Source: Negaprion brevirostris | Lineage: Eukaryota | Reading direction: 5' to 3' | Assembly: GCA_030324005.1 (NCBI GenBank) | Contig: JARDVH010000059.1 | Coordinates: forward strand, 56,626,681-56,690,680 | DNA: 64,000 nucleotides | Shown here: piece after piece, positions 1-12,640 of the stretch | Layout of the letters: every line of letters starts with the position of its first letter | Position numbering within the stretch: the first letter of the stretch is position 1 | Notes under the pieces: model-generated | What the model saw: the letters and a program-made list of their open reading frames with translations, nothing else | Databases searched by the model: none | Told to the model about the DNA's origin: nothing | Program-made: the position numbers and the translations under genes

Positions 1-146
1 TTTTAAAAAGCATTTAGACAGTTACATGGGTACGATGGGTATAGAGGGATATGGGCCAAATGCGGGCAATTGGGATTTGAAAAAATGTGGCATGGACAAG
101 TTGGGCCAAAGGGCCTGTTTCCATTCTGTAAACCTCTATAACTCTA
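1..146 (+). mobile_element. CR1/HER1-type LINE 3' end
   Basis: FKKHLDSYM-type ORF2 end followed by a 3' UTR reading ttgggccaaagggcctgtttccattctgta and a ctctataactcta terminal repeat. Confidence 0.8.
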
Positions 147-159
147 AAGGGCAGTCCTT

Positions 160-420
160 CACCACAAGTGCCAATCTAGTGAACCTACTCTGTACTGCAA
201 GCATATCCTTCCATAAATTTGGAGAGCCAACTTGCCCAATATTCTCAGTGTGGTCTCACCAAAGCCCTGCAAGTCTTCTTTATTATTGTACTCTATTCCT
301 CTTGGAATAAAGGCCAACTCGCCAGTTGCTTTCCTAATTGCTTGCTGTGCCTGAATGCTAACTTCTTATGTTCTTGTATGAGTACGCTCAACTCTCTTTG
401 CATAACGCCACTAGAGGTGG
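160..420 (-). mobile_element. CR1 ORF2 fragment, decayed
   Basis: Reverse complement gives ALVRPH.EY..Q.GSPNLWKD, a CR1 RT C-terminal motif. Confidence 0.65.
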
Positions 421-487
421 TATCATATGAATGAACATCTCTTCTTTTATTATTACTGGAAACTGGAGGAGCCTATTTTTAATTTGA

Positions 488-672
488 TCTTGGGATGTGG
501 GCATGGCTGCTGAGGCCAGCATTTGTTGCCCATCTTAATTGCTCTTGAGAAGGTGGTAGTGAGCTGCTTTCTTGAACCATTGCAATATGGCTGGTGTACC
601 TACACCCAAAGTACTGTCAGAAAGGGAGTTCCAAGCTGAACTCAATGACAGTGAAGAATGGTGATATATTTC
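488..672 (-). mobile_element. 3' end of the L2/Daphne-like LINE
   Basis: Reverse complement ...ggttcaagaaagcagctcactaccaccttctcaagagcaattaagatgggcaacaaatgctggcc matches 19430-19510. Confidence 0.7.
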
Positions 673-782
673 TGTGGAAAGAGAAATGGTTATTGCGGAG
701 TCAAAAGGTTAACGCTGTTTCCCTCTCCACAGCTGCTGCCAGACCTGCTGGGATTTTCCTGCACTTTCTGTTGTTATTACAG
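672..782 (+). mobile_element. Penelope-type terminal fragment
   Basis: ctctccacagctgctgccagacctgctgggattttcctgcactttctgtt. An inverted copy of the same family lies at 38670-38800. Confidence 0.5.
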
Positions 783-1538
783 TTCTGTGTTACTTATTTT
801 TCTCTGATAGACACAATTAAGGCTAAAGCTATGCACATAGAGCAAAGGGAAAGTGACATGATGGTATCTGCAAGAACTCTTCAGAATCACAATACACATA
901 TGTGTAATTTTAAACCATCAGCTCTACTCTAACTGGCTCAGGAGCCAATGCTTTATCTCCCTCATATATTCATTTAAGTACACCCAACCGAAATAGCATG
1001 GACATGCTGGGTTAGATTTCCTTTTACCCTGCTCCCAAATAACTTCCAAAAACATCAGTGCACAACAGAGGCACAATGAGCAGCCAAATATCCTCAATGT
1101 ACCTGACTGAATTTGAAGAGATTGTTGCAAGTTAACTTATATACAAATTCATGTAAGATTGTTCAACAAACAAATTTTCTCCCACTGTGTTTGATGCAGA
1201 TCTCGGACAATGTTCTGCACTTCTTCAGCTGTTTGATTCTTTTTGGGTTTAAAGTGACAAATACTATTAAGAAAAGTGTTTTTTAAACATTTTTGAATAA
1301 GATTTGGCTTTGCTGCATCAGAGCTCAGTGCTGACTACTGTTGGTTTCATTTACTTTGTGATAGAAGTTCTTCTGTCCTACCTCTATTTTGAAAATGGCT
1401 CATTTCAGAACAAATAAGGAGAAACAACCACAAGCTATCAGGCAACTTATAAAAAGAACTTGTCTCGCCCTGTCCTAAGCCAGAGACAAGATTGCCCCAC
1501 CACAAATTAAGGCTCCTCTCTTCACTCACCTAGTAATT

Positions 1539-1842
1539 CATAGAATACATTTAGTGCAGAAGGAAGCTATTTGGTCATCAAGCCTGCACTGCCAACAATC
1601 CCATCCAGCCCTCATCCCTGCAACCCTACCCTGCCAATCCTCCTGTTACTAAGGGATAATTTAGCATGGCCAATCCATCTAACCTGCACATCTTTGGACT
1701 ATGGGAAGAAACTGGAGAACCCCAGAGGAAACCCACATAGACACGGGGAATATGTGAAAACTCCAGAAAAACAGTTACCTAAGGCCAGAATCAAACCCGG
1801 GGTCCTGGTGCTGTGAGGCACCACTGTGTTATCATGCTACCC
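1539..1842 (-). mobile_element. HE1 SINE (V-SINE superfamily)
   Basis: tRNA-like head, V-core (…gggtttcctctgggttctccagtttcttcccatagtccaaagatgtgcagg) and CR1-type tail ending in tctatg. Confidence 0.85.
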
Positions 1843-2507
1843 ATTCTACAATAAATGTCACAATCAAACCAGCACAATCTTCCAACTGCTGTACCATCAT
1901 CCTTCACACATAGCCCGGTTTTCCTTTGCCTAACTCCGATCACTGTGGTGGTACACTTCTAGCAATTTACTCAAGATAAACTGCCTAGTGCCCACATACC
2001 AGCTTGCGTTACTCCTGCCATCCGAAACCAGGTGCAGCAGCACACATGCATTCAAAGGAAGCGGCAGATTTAATTAAACTGCAATACGACTGAGAAGAAA
2101 ATTCCAAAATGACTTTCAACTCTCCCCAGTATTTGTCAGCAACTGATAATTCTAAGATTCACGATCCTATACCCTACCAAGTTGTCTCAATGCCTCAAGA
2201 GCTATTTTTTTCTCTGTGGGACATCCAAAGTAACAATTTTTTTAGGTGTCAGTTGCTTTTGAAGACTTGCGAATGTCTCATGCTGTGTCCCTGTTCCAAG
2301 ATTACTTATATTATGCCCCGTAGGAGACTGGTCTGTTTGCTACCCCAATGGCAAGAGTATCTTGGATTCTCTAGCCAAAGGGAATAAGCAGGTATTGGTG
2401 ATGGATCAATAGAATATTAGCATACATGGGCCCCATGCAAATGAGATAGCTTACTGGCAGGTCAGTACTGTAGGTGACTGGTCAGCACAAGCCTAGTTCA
2501 ATGTTTA

Positions 2508-2850
2508 AAGAAAGAAAGACTTGCATTTCAATAGCACCTCTCGTGACCATTAGATGTCTCAAAAGGGGTTAAAGTACTTCCGACTGTAGTCACTGCCACT
2601 ATGTAAGAAATGCAGCAATGAATTTGTGTTCAGCAAATTCCCACAATCGGCAATGTGAGAATGACCAGATTTTTTGTTCCTGTGCTGTTGATTGAGGGAT
2701 AAGTACTGGCCAGGACATCATGAATATTTTGCTTGCTGATCTTTGAAATAGAATCATGAGATTTTTACAGCCACCCAGGCAAGTAGAAGGGGCCTCAGTT
2801 CAACGTCTTATCGAAATACCCACTTCGGACAGTGCAGCATTTTCTTAATG
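2508..2850 (-). mobile_element. DeuSINE (SacSINE1-like), 5'-truncated
   Basis: Reverse complement has a Deu-domain-like tgctgcactgtccgaagtggg…gataagacgttgaactgaggccc and the tail gaaatgcaagtctttctttcttt. Confidence 0.75.
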
Positions 2851-2898
2851 TGACCATAGCATCATAGCTCATGGATTCTCGGAGATAGTTTGTTCATT

Positions 2899-3209
2899 CC
2901 TTCTCTTCCTCCCCCTTCAGGTGTGATGCCCCAAGAGGGCTTTGGGGACCATGGACTTCCACTGGACTGGTCCATGATTAAACTTGGCAAAATAATATAA
3001 TGGTTTGCCATTGCTTTCTTCAGTATGGCTGACCAGGAAACATTCCTGCTCATACCACCTGTCACCAGGTATATTGGGGACATTACAAGGCTGGTAAGCA
3101 GTCTGTCCAGCCAAGTTGTGATCACACCTTTCATGGTAATCAAGTGGGGCTTGAATCTAGAACTTCTGGCCCAGAGATAGGGATGCTACCACTGCATTGC
3201 AAGATCTCC
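2899..3209 (-). mobile_element. tRNA-derived SINE with RTE-like tail
   Basis: Head ggagatcttgcaatgcagtggtagcatccctatctctgggccagaagttctagattcaagcccc has A/B-box-like motifs. Tail gcaatggcaaaccattatattattttgccaag resembles RTE-type 3' ends. Confidence 0.6.
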
Positions 3210-5385
3210 CAATATGTTTATTATGATTCAAAAACAAAAACATCATGAAATTATAAAGACCAAGTAAGATTTTCTGCTCTGACTCTTAGCTGCAATGGAT
3301 TAGAAATTGGTTAAGGTTTGTTCTTGGCCTGAATCTTGAGGCATAAACTTTATTGTGTCTCTGGCCTCAATCCAGTAATTTGGATGAGCTGTAGCTTGAA
3401 ACTTTTGGACAGATTAATTTTGGGCCACCCACCTTGCCTGCAACGGCCCTTAGTTGCATCTGGAAGGGGGATGATAATGGGAAGTTGACTGATCAAAGGA
3501 CAACTGGGAGGTGCATTCTTGCTTCTCCTTGTTTCACAGCAAGAAGCAAAACATTTTTTTAAATTTACCTCTTATGATGACTTACCAGGATGCATACATG
3601 ACAGAACATTTTAAATAAAGAATGGTTGGTGCTGGCTCTCAGTTCAAGGCCATCCATTCTGGTTGAGAGTATGTCTATTTTAGACAGTCACCAGGGACAC
3701 AGGAAAGAAGTGCTTTGGAGTGTAGCACAACAAAAGTTGGGCTTGGAGGATGGAAACAATATGGACCAATTTCTACTCCTGTAACCTTTTTTAGCTTGGC
3801 TATGTGTGCAACCTTCTTGTACCTTCCTTGCTCTCTTTTTAGCTTTGTTTACAATGATGTGTTGGAATGTTCTTTTTACCCAGTGTGAGTTGCTTAAATG
3901 GCTCACACTTCACAAAGAGAACATACATACCATTTCCTTTTATTTAAGATGTGGGTTTGCATGAATCACTGACTGTATTAGAACAGTTATTGTATTCAAA
4001 GTAATGAATTACATCTGAAATGTTTTGAAATGCTTTTGTGAGAGAAGGCACTATATAAATGCAAATGTATGCATCTGAGCTGATCACACCAGGTACTTTT
4101 TTGGTTCTCACTGCAACAATAAAAACTGGCTCTCTTGTGGGGATAAGCGACTTAAGAATCTCAGTGAGGGACTGTTAACATTTACAGACAAAGCTTGGAA
4201 TACTAGCTGACAGAACTATGCCACGCAATTTCACATTTTAAAACAAAAACAAACTTTACTGTATATCAAAAGAATTAAACAAAGTAAACACCATTAATTT
4301 AATACTATAGCTTCTAAAGAATTGTTATGGACTCAGATCTATTTTTTACTTCCTCACAAGAGTTTCCTTATTTTAGGAAATCGCAAAGATTTTGACATTT
4401 CCTGGGAGTAACTAGGACTTGTATGTTATAATCATCCAGAAGTTACTTCAATTTTCCTCAGTGTTCTGGCTTTCCTCAAGGTACATGATTTGGGGGATCC
4501 TTCAATTAGCTTTGGCTGAGCAATCCTCTAATTTTCTATAAAGACCTCATCACTGTGGACTCTCCAGTTCTTTCTCCTACATAAACTGCCTTCTCCTAGT
4601 CTGATCTCACAGCTTCTGTACAGCTCTTTCCAGGCTAACAATTCAAGCTGACTGTTTTTTTTACACAAGGCTCTGTGAGGACCACTATAGATTTCTTCCT
4701 GTAGTTTCAAAGTAGACATATCTTCTAGATTCTTTCCCATCCACGTTGGTCAATTCCCCACCCACATTCCTCGTGCCCTCCTCCCCCCCCTCCGCCAATT
4801 CCACATGGTGAACAATACAGTTGTTATTTTCACTGCTCAAATGTAGACCTGGTTAACTAATTTGTTTTAGTTCTCCCCACTCAATGATTGCACAAGACCA
4901 AATCTGCAACTGCCTCTTTCTGTCCCCAAACCTAACTGTCTTTTTCTGTCAGCAAAACACAAAGATACACAAATTAAAAGAACCTTCTAAACAAGCCATC
5001 CTCCTGAATCACTATTTCCGTGGCAAAGTGGCATGCTTTACGATGTTTCAAACAGAAATTCAAACAAATTACTTTACCATTAATACAACTATTTGATCCT
5101 ACAGTCCACAGGAATAAATTATATTTCTAATGTTCGTAATTGCCTCTTCTTCAGATTCTCTAACTCCATTACAAGCTTAGACATGCATCATTTGTTGTCA
5201 GATTGTTTCACTGTCAATTCTGATCTTGCAAAATAAACACAGACTACTCTTTAAGCGTAATAAACCCAGGGATTATTTGAGTTGCTTTTATATCAGAGTT
5301 GTGTTTATACATTTTACAACCAGATATCTACCTATCTCAAGTTTAACACTTCCATCTCCAACCAAAAGGTTATATTGCACAAACT

Positions 5386-5460
5386 AAAAGTTCCAGTTTT
5401 ATCATGGACAGAATGTATTTAAACAAAAAGTTCCAGTCTTGCCATGGACAGAATGTACTT
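5386..5460. repeat. Direct tandem duplication, period 40 nt, 2 copies
   Basis: aaaagttccagttttatcatggacagaatgtattt / aaaagttccagtcttgccatggacagaatgtactt. Confidence 0.85.
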
Positions 5461-5480
5461 TCTTTCTTACAGCCAGTGGA

Positions 5481-5900
5481 GGTAGCATAGTGGCACAGTG
5501 GTTAGCACTGCTGCCTCACAGCGCCAGCAGTCCGGGTTTGATTCCCGGCTTGTGTCAGAGTGGAATTTGCATGTTCTCAATGCATCTGCATGGGTTTCCT
5601 CCAGGTGCTCCAGTTTTCTCCCACAGTCCAAAGATGTGCNNNNNNNNNNNNNNNNNNNNNNNNNNNNNNNNNNNNNNNNNNNNNNNNNNNNNNNNNNNNN
5701 NNNNNNNNNNNNNNNNNNNNNNNNNNNNNNNNNNNNNNNAAGAAGGAATCTCTTCACTCAGGGGGTGGTGAATCTTTGCAATTCTCTATCCCACAGGGAA
5801 AAGCTCAGTTACACAGTTAGGTGGATTGGCCATGCAAAATTGCTTCTTAGTGTCGGGGGATTAGCTAGGGTAAATACTTGGGGTTATGGGCATAGGGTTC
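5481..5900 (+). mobile_element. HE1 SINE interrupted by a gap and a CR1 fragment (about 5740-5812)
   Basis: Head and V-core run to ccaaagatgtgc, and the SINE resumes at gttaggtggattggccatgc. The intervening sequence translates RRNLFTQGVVNLCNSL, a CR1 C-terminal motif. Confidence 0.8.
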
Positions 5901-5975
5901 GAGTGAGGCTTCTAACTCAAAAGTGGGAGAATTACCCACTGAGCTACACCTGTCATGTAATTGCACCATCACAAT

Positions 5976-6300
5976 GGGAGGCAATGGCCTGGTGGTATTA
6001 TTGCTAGACTATTAATCTAAACACTCAGCTAACGTTCTTGGCATCTGAGTTCGAATCCTGCCATGGCAGATGGTGAATTCAATGAACAATATGTCTGAAA
6101 TTAAAAATCTAATAATAACCATGAAACCATTGTTGGAAAAACCTATCTGGGTCACTCATGTCATTTAGGGAAGGAAAGCTGACATCCTTACCCAGTCTGG
6201 CCTACATGTGACTCCAGATCCACAGTGGTTGACTCTCAACTGCCCTCGGGCAACTAGGGATGGGCAATAAATGCTGGCCAGCCAGTGACACCCATGAAAA
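5976..6300 (+). mobile_element. tRNA-headed SINE with L2/Daphne-like tail
   Basis: A-box tggcctggtgg (5985), B-box agttcgaatcc (6048), tail gggcaactagggatgggcaataaatgctggcc. Confidence 0.85.
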
Positions 6301-6430
6301 CACAAGGAAGTACAGACACCTGGGAGAGATCGTGGCCTGGTCAAAGACCAAAAACAACATAATGATCTAGACAGTCAATGAACCTTCCTTTGATTCATTC
6401 CTCATTCTGAGATGCGTTACTGGTGAAAGT

Positions 6431-6730
6431 GGGCAGCATGGTTAGCACTGCTGCCTCATAGCATAGCCTCACAGCGCCAAGGACCTGGGTCCAATTCCAG
6501 CCTCGGGCGACTGTGCGGAGTTTGCACATTCTCCCCGTGTCTACGTGGATTTCCTCCAGGTGCTCCAGTTTTCTCCCACAGTCCAAAGATGTGCAGATTA
6601 GGTGAATTGGCCATGCTGGGTTCTCCCTCAGAGTACCTGAACAGGCGCCAAAATGTGGTGACTAGGGGATTTTCACAATAACTTCATTACAGCATGAATG
6701 TAAGCCCACTTGGTACTAATAAGTAAACTT
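6431..6730 (+). mobile_element. V-SINE with HE1 head and core but an alternative tail
   Basis: HE1-like head and V-core followed by aggcgccaaaatgtggtgactaggggattttcacaataacttcatt…aataagtaaac rather than the CR1 tail. Confidence 0.75.
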
Positions 6731-6735
6731 CAACT

Positions 6736-7632
6736 TGTAACAGCATGTTTTGTATGGAAAGATGTGTCACTTTCCTTACCTTTGGAGTGTGTATTCCAAT
6801 TAAATAATTTGGTAGCAAGCTCTTAAGTTTAAAATGAAGACTATTCTCATACACTTAAAGAAAAATAACATGTCACACACTTACACAAAATTAATACATT
6901 ATACACTCAGTCTCATCCATGCACACACACACACAAAGATAAAGATAGTGAACTTTTATAGATTAAGGTTAATTCAGTCTCTGATTTACAATTTCTAATT
7001 TCCCACATGACAGGCCGGTGTGGATCTTGAATCTTGATAAGATTTTATGATTCAAAATGCAAGCGAGACTCTTGTAAAGCAAAGTGTTCACCGCTAGTTG
7101 TGAGGTTTCCTGTAGTTGAATATCTGGAACTTTGAAACTGGACAGGTTAAGTCCTTTGGTTACTTTATGACTGGCACCTGGTTTCTGAATCTGGTTCTCA
7201 AATTGACTGATGATAGTTTTATTGGATATTCTGGGTCCTAGACTAATAAAGATACAGTTTCTGAAGCAGCATCAATCACGTGACCACTGGGTTAAAAGTA
7301 CTGAAGCTTACACATTCTAGTTTGGATGGGGAAGCCATTGTGATACAACAGAAAATAGCCATTGAGTTTCAGTCTTCCCTTTTGTCCATTGTGAAACATG
7401 GGGACAGGCTCAGTTTACAGAAGCTAACCTATTCTTAAACAACAAGGTGTGCTAATTCCGCCAAAGGCTGTGAGCTTACCCTCACCAATGTTCATTCGTA
7501 ATTACGTATCCTCCGGAGACTTGATACTGTCTGTAGTTCTAATGTTAGAAGCCACACGATTTGTGGCAGGCATCCTAACAGCTTGTTTACATCCAATTAT
7601 TAAAGCATTGACTGAAAGTTCATACTATGACA
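6736..7632. mobile_element. Possible solo LTR
   Basis: Begins TGTAACAG and ends CTATGACA (imperfect inverted termini), with an internal CA tract. No clear TSD. Confidence 0.3.
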
Positions 7633-8639
7633 TGCCAATACTGGATATGATATTTTAAAACATATGAATTATAAATCAGATTTTCACAAAAATACCTATG
7701 CATTATATAGCTTTTCTTTCTGTGGGTAATAGGAAAGTGAGGAACTAAGCAATAAACAATTGTGTCAAAACCTTTCTTTGCAAAAATACCATTGACCATG
7801 TGGACATGACAGTGACAGATTGTTTTCTAGGTGACACTATACCCAAAATGGGTTAATTGGCAGGAAATAATCTTTTTTAAAAAAACTGAATGGATGAAAC
7901 AAGCCAGAAGATACAACTTCTCGGTTAAAGGTGACCTGTATGATAGAACAACTGTATAATTAATTGTTTAGTATGCTGTTCTGTGCTGGTACTATGAACT
8001 ATGCTCTAACTCCACAAACTACCATTTCATTGGCTGGCACTTCTAACATTCTTATTAAAACATATGTTGCTACATTCTGCTCATTAAGTTGGATGCCTTT
8101 AAACTGACTGCCAAAATATTTAATCATTGCTAACATACTGTCAATTTATTCTTTTTTAATTTTGTTCAGAAGTGGTTACTTGTATTAGCAATGAATTTAA
8201 CAAAATAAAAATAAATAAAAGTTAGCATGAACAGCTGGTTAAAATAAAGCTGGGGCTTTATAAATTCCTATTGGCTACCTTAATTTATTTTAATTATTAT
8301 TTACTAAAGATCAGGCTGCAAAATCTGAAAAAACCTGAAACAGGTGTCAAGATTCGTGACACAAATTGCAATGTACCTGTTCATTCTGATGCAGCCAACA
8401 TGAAACTTTGTGTTCTCTGCACATTATTACCAGATTGTTGTGTTTGGCCAGCAGTAAGCATGCTACTCAGTAGCTGGACACCAGAAATACAAAATTGTGA
8501 ATGGTGAGCATGAGTTCAACCAAGTTAAAAGTAGCCAGTACCTCTTNNNNNNNNNNNNNNNNNNNNNNNNNNNNNGATTCTGCACTGGCTGCACAAATAA
8601 TGTTGACCTGGAGAAAACAGACTGGCACAATATGAAAGA

Positions 8640-9240
8640 AAAGAAGTTCCAAGGTTCTCAGGTACAACAATGAAGATCGGTGCAGGAGGTTGACAGAGGC
8701 ATAAAATAGCTCTACACACAGTGGGCCAGGATACCCCCCAGACAAACTTTCAGAATGAAGTGGGAGCATATAGCTGTGAAGATCAAAGCCATCATATAAC
8801 CATGGTGGTCAATGTCAGGAATCTACACTCAAAGATCTGAATGCAGAATTGAAAAAAGTTCAATGACTTCACACAAGTGGTCAGCATTTTCAATATGTCA
8901 CATTCCATCAATTGGGTCACAAATCTCACACACCGTGCAGGTCAATCCATCTTCATCTTTCACCCAGCAACAATCTCCATCACTCAAAACTCATGCCTAT
9001 CACTTGTAGCTTTGCTTCACACTCACACACCATGACTGCAGTAAGTTTCACATCCAATCACTGCCATCACAAAATGCCAGTTCATCAATCATGATAGTCA
9101 TTAAAACATATTGCACACTTGATAATGCACTTTGTTCTCTCTTAGAGGATAAAATGGTGCATAATCATAGATAGCAGCTAACGAATGGGCAACAAGAATA
9201 GTTGCATGTCCTCATGCCAATGCAGGAGACAGTGTTTGCT
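8640..9240 (+). pseudogene. Decayed PIF/Harbinger Myb/SANT-like gene with intron
   Basis: Frameshifted EVPRFSGTTMKI/VQEVDRG…KWEHIAVKI…MQN*KKFNDFTQVV, then after a pyrimidine-rich acceptor near 9145 DKMVHNHR*Q…LHVLMPMQETV. Confidence 0.65.
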
Positions 9241-10239
9241 ATGAGGATATAATTCAGCGCTGAAAGGTTTGAAGCTGATACCATACTTATATCTAATCGT
9301 CCTTCTCACAACCCACTCCCCCTTATCACATTCTGATTTTCAAGCTGCATACAGTGTAAACATGCAATACTTACTACCCCGTGTCGCCACCTTCCCTCAT
9401 CACAAACTTACCCTTGTGCCCTGGATGATCAGCCATGATCAAAATGAATGGCCTACTCCTGCTTCTATTTTCTATGTTTCTATGTTTCTGTTTCTTCTCC
9501 TTTCAACTACCCAAAAGCTTCCACCTGGCCAAGGTGTGGTGCAGGAGTATGAGTTGGAAGAGAAAGAAGAAGCTGACAGAGATGATGATGTAATATTGTC
9601 ATTCAAAGAAGAATGGTTGGGTGTGAACTGTTGTTGAATGGGAAATTGGGGATGTGTTTACCGATATTGTAGTCAGATGAGCCAATCTCGGCCACCTTGG
9701 CTGAAAGGGCAAGTGTGCTTCTCTCCACTCTGGCGCATCCTCCTCTTCTGCTCCTATGCCCAAGTTGCACATGTTGGACAGGGTGCACTGTCATTATGGC
9801 AAAGTTATACAGGATGCATCAGACTATGATGAATTGTGACACACAGTCTGGAAAATACTGTCAGATTCCAGGAGAATAGTCCCGGCAGTGGAAGTATTGT
9901 TTAAGCACCTTGCTGGTTTGCTTGATAGATATACTTGCGTGCTGTCTGCATGTGTTTCTATTAACTAGCCATGAGCTGGATGATAGGTACATAGCCCATA
10001 CATGCAGAAGCCACCCCTAGTTTAACATTGTGTTCAATTACTGATATTATAGTGGATTGGCACAAAATAAATACATCATGCCAGATGGCAGGATATCAGA
10101 CATTCATTGGTATGATGAGCAATGCACGGTCACACCTCAACTGCACATTAAGGCAGTGAAACCCTTTGTTGCTTTGCATAACATAAGTGGCACACAAGCA
10201 GCCATTTAGCTTGATTAGTCCATGCTGGAAATTAGGCAC

Positions 10240-10445
10240 CACTTGAACCTCTTCCCATCTTTCCTTACTTATATCTACCATCATAACCATCATTCCTTCT
10301 CCCTTCTCTCCTGTAATATTCACTTTCCTGTGAGTTCCACATTCTCACCACTCTTTGGGCAAGAAAGATTATTCTGAATTTCCTACTGGATTGTTCAGTG
10401 ACTATCTTTTATTACTTGCCTCTATTATGTTCTTCCCATCTGTAT
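10240..10445 (-). mobile_element. CR1 3' fragment, old
   Basis: gagttccacattctcaccactctttgggcaagaaagattattctg, which on the reverse strand reads …QRVVRMWNS. Confidence 0.55.
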
Positions 10446-11146
10446 TTAGAGATTTTCCAATTTTAAGGTCAGTGTTCTAAGTAGTTCAGGCACTCTCCTT
10501 CTACTCAGAGTCAGTCGAGTAATATGACGACAGCACCTGAGCACATGACAATAATTAGGAAGTAAATAAAATTGAGGTGTAGTTCTATCGGAACTGGCAA
10601 ATATTTACTAGAAAGGAAAATAATTAACATCTGTAATATGCAGAGATGTCTCCTTTGGTACTGCTCATGGTGAATTGGAGGATACGGTAGGGAGGAAACT
10701 CCGTGGAAAACCTTTGTGAAATGATAAACTTGTGAAGCGAAAACTTTCTGCAATTCCAACATGAATTGTGCATTCAACACGAATAAATCTGGATGGGTTT
10801 ATTTTAATCATATTTATTTGAGTATGTTTTTCTTGTTTTAAACAGCATTTGTAAACAAAATTGAATCCCTGAAAACACAAGCGAGATCCCTTGAAAAAAG
10901 CCTAAAAATGGAGTGATTTGATTGTTTTGAGTTGTGGATTTACTAGACATTGATTGATAGCTTTGATAAACAGCGAACATGTTTGTGGGAAGTGGTAGGC
11001 CCTGATTTGTTGCTGTTTCTCGCTGTAGCCATTAGAACAAAACATAGCGTTTTTTTTTGAGTGAATTCATTCAGTTTACAAAATCTAATGTTTTGGAAGT
11101 CCGACATTTGAAGAAATGTTTTACAGATATGGCACTTTGAAATGTT

Positions 11147-11291
11147 GACCGGAGTTCTCGCATCCTGCCCACTAAGGGAATCATAGTGGGTGGAGAGCCG
11201 GGGGCGGGGTGGGGTGTGGAACAATGCAAACGTCTGTCGACCTCAGGCAGGATTTTCTGCTATTGGGAAGAGTGCAGCTGGATAGTCCACC
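11147..11291 (-). mobile_element. About 130-nt Harbinger-type MITE
   Basis: Reverse complement contains aaaatcctgcctgaggtcgacagacgtttgcattgttcc, matching 28247-28371 and 52307-52433. Confidence 0.55.
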
Positions 11292-11590
11292 TGTTATATA
11301 CCAAATTTATAATTTGGCAATGCCAACTTTGAATTACATAGATTAAGTTTATTTCCCATTCTAAAAGTGGCAAGTAGCAGACTAAAAAGTTTGCATTTTA
11401 CATTGTCCTAAATGACCATTTTAAGGTGGAATTTTCACTTTGTGCAATCGGTAACTCCACCGTAAATCGTAAACAAAATTGTGCCAGTTTTGATGGTTTT
11501 GTTCTCACAGCTTCTGCTCAAATTGGTATGCATATTGCTGAATGCAAAATTCTCCAAGAATTAGTGGAAATGCCAGGCTTTGAAGGTGTA

Positions 11591-12640
11591 GGGCGGGATT
11601 CTCCCAAAAAAATCTGAAGTGTCGAATTTGCATAAAAACTGGAGTAAATCCCACAAGTATTTTCAGTGGGATTTTCAAAATGAATCTCCCACACTCTATG
11701 CACTGCAGAGGGCAGTGGTGTGAATCTCATAAAAAATCAGTGGGCTGAGAGGGCCACTGCGCATGCGCCAATCTGTCATACTGGAGATCGGCACAGACGC
11801 AGTAGCCTGCACTGCTGGCCTCCTGATCACTGGCCAGCTTGCTCGCTGGTTGGCCCCGCAACCCCACCGCTGACCGTGCAGCCTCACCCACCACCCAATT
11901 GCTGTCCTCCCGCCTCAATCTCCCCCTCCCCCGGCAGTCCTGATCTCCCAATCCACACTTCACACCCNNNNNNNNNNNNNNNNNNNNNNNNNNNNNNNNN
12001 NNNNNNNNNNNNNNNNNNNNNNNNNNNNNNNNNNNNNNNNNNNNNNNNNNNNNNNNNNNNNNNNNNNNNNNNNNNNNNNNNNNNNNNNNNNNNNNNNNNN
12101 NNNNNNNNNNNNNNNNNNNNNNNNNNNNNNNNNNNCCACAGAGGCCCCTTCCCATTAGAGGCTCCACCCCCCTGGCTCTGCATCCTTGGCACTGCCTGTT
12201 GCCAGTAGGCAGTGCCAAGGTGCTCCCTAGGCATTGCCACTTTGCTCCTTGGGCAGTGCTAGGGGGCCAGGCTGGCACTGCCAAGCTGATAATGTCCAGG
12301 GGGCACCCCCTCTTATGCCTGGCTCCTGGGAGGCCTCATGCTCTCCCTTCACTCCAGCAGGGTCAGTCCGCCAGCTTCCCACAAGTGGGGAACTTTGTAA
12401 ACTCTGCTGGAGCAAAATACTCCTGGCTGCCGGGGGCCAAAGAGACTAGGGGGCCTGGAGACATCAGTTCTTGGCCTGCTAATGATTGGCAAATCCGCAC
12501 TATACATTATATACATTATATATTCAGCTCCGTGCCAGAGCCGACGATGCCAGAAATCCAGCGGCCAGAGACTCGCAGAGACTGTGGTGCCCAGCGGGAT
12601 GCCCAATACACGGCCTCCACTTTACCTTGCGGCCCACCAC
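11591..12640 (+). mobile_element. GC-rich non-autonomous DNA element (Harbinger-like terminus GGGCGGGATTCTCC)
   Basis: The 5' about 220 nt and internal ggcactgcc/ggcagtgcc arrays are shared with the inverted copy at 29440-30113. Confidence 0.65.

Noticed and set aside
1029-1103. Phase-compatible minus-strand exon candidate (YIEDIWLLIVPLLCTDVFGSYLGA)
   Set aside because: No similarity to the expected next MYT1-family sequence, and the splice sites are weak.
5976-6062. tRNA-like A/B boxes (also 48086, 23344, 39999)
   Set aside because: These are SINE heads continuing into repeat bodies, with no intact cloverleaf; not tRNA genes.
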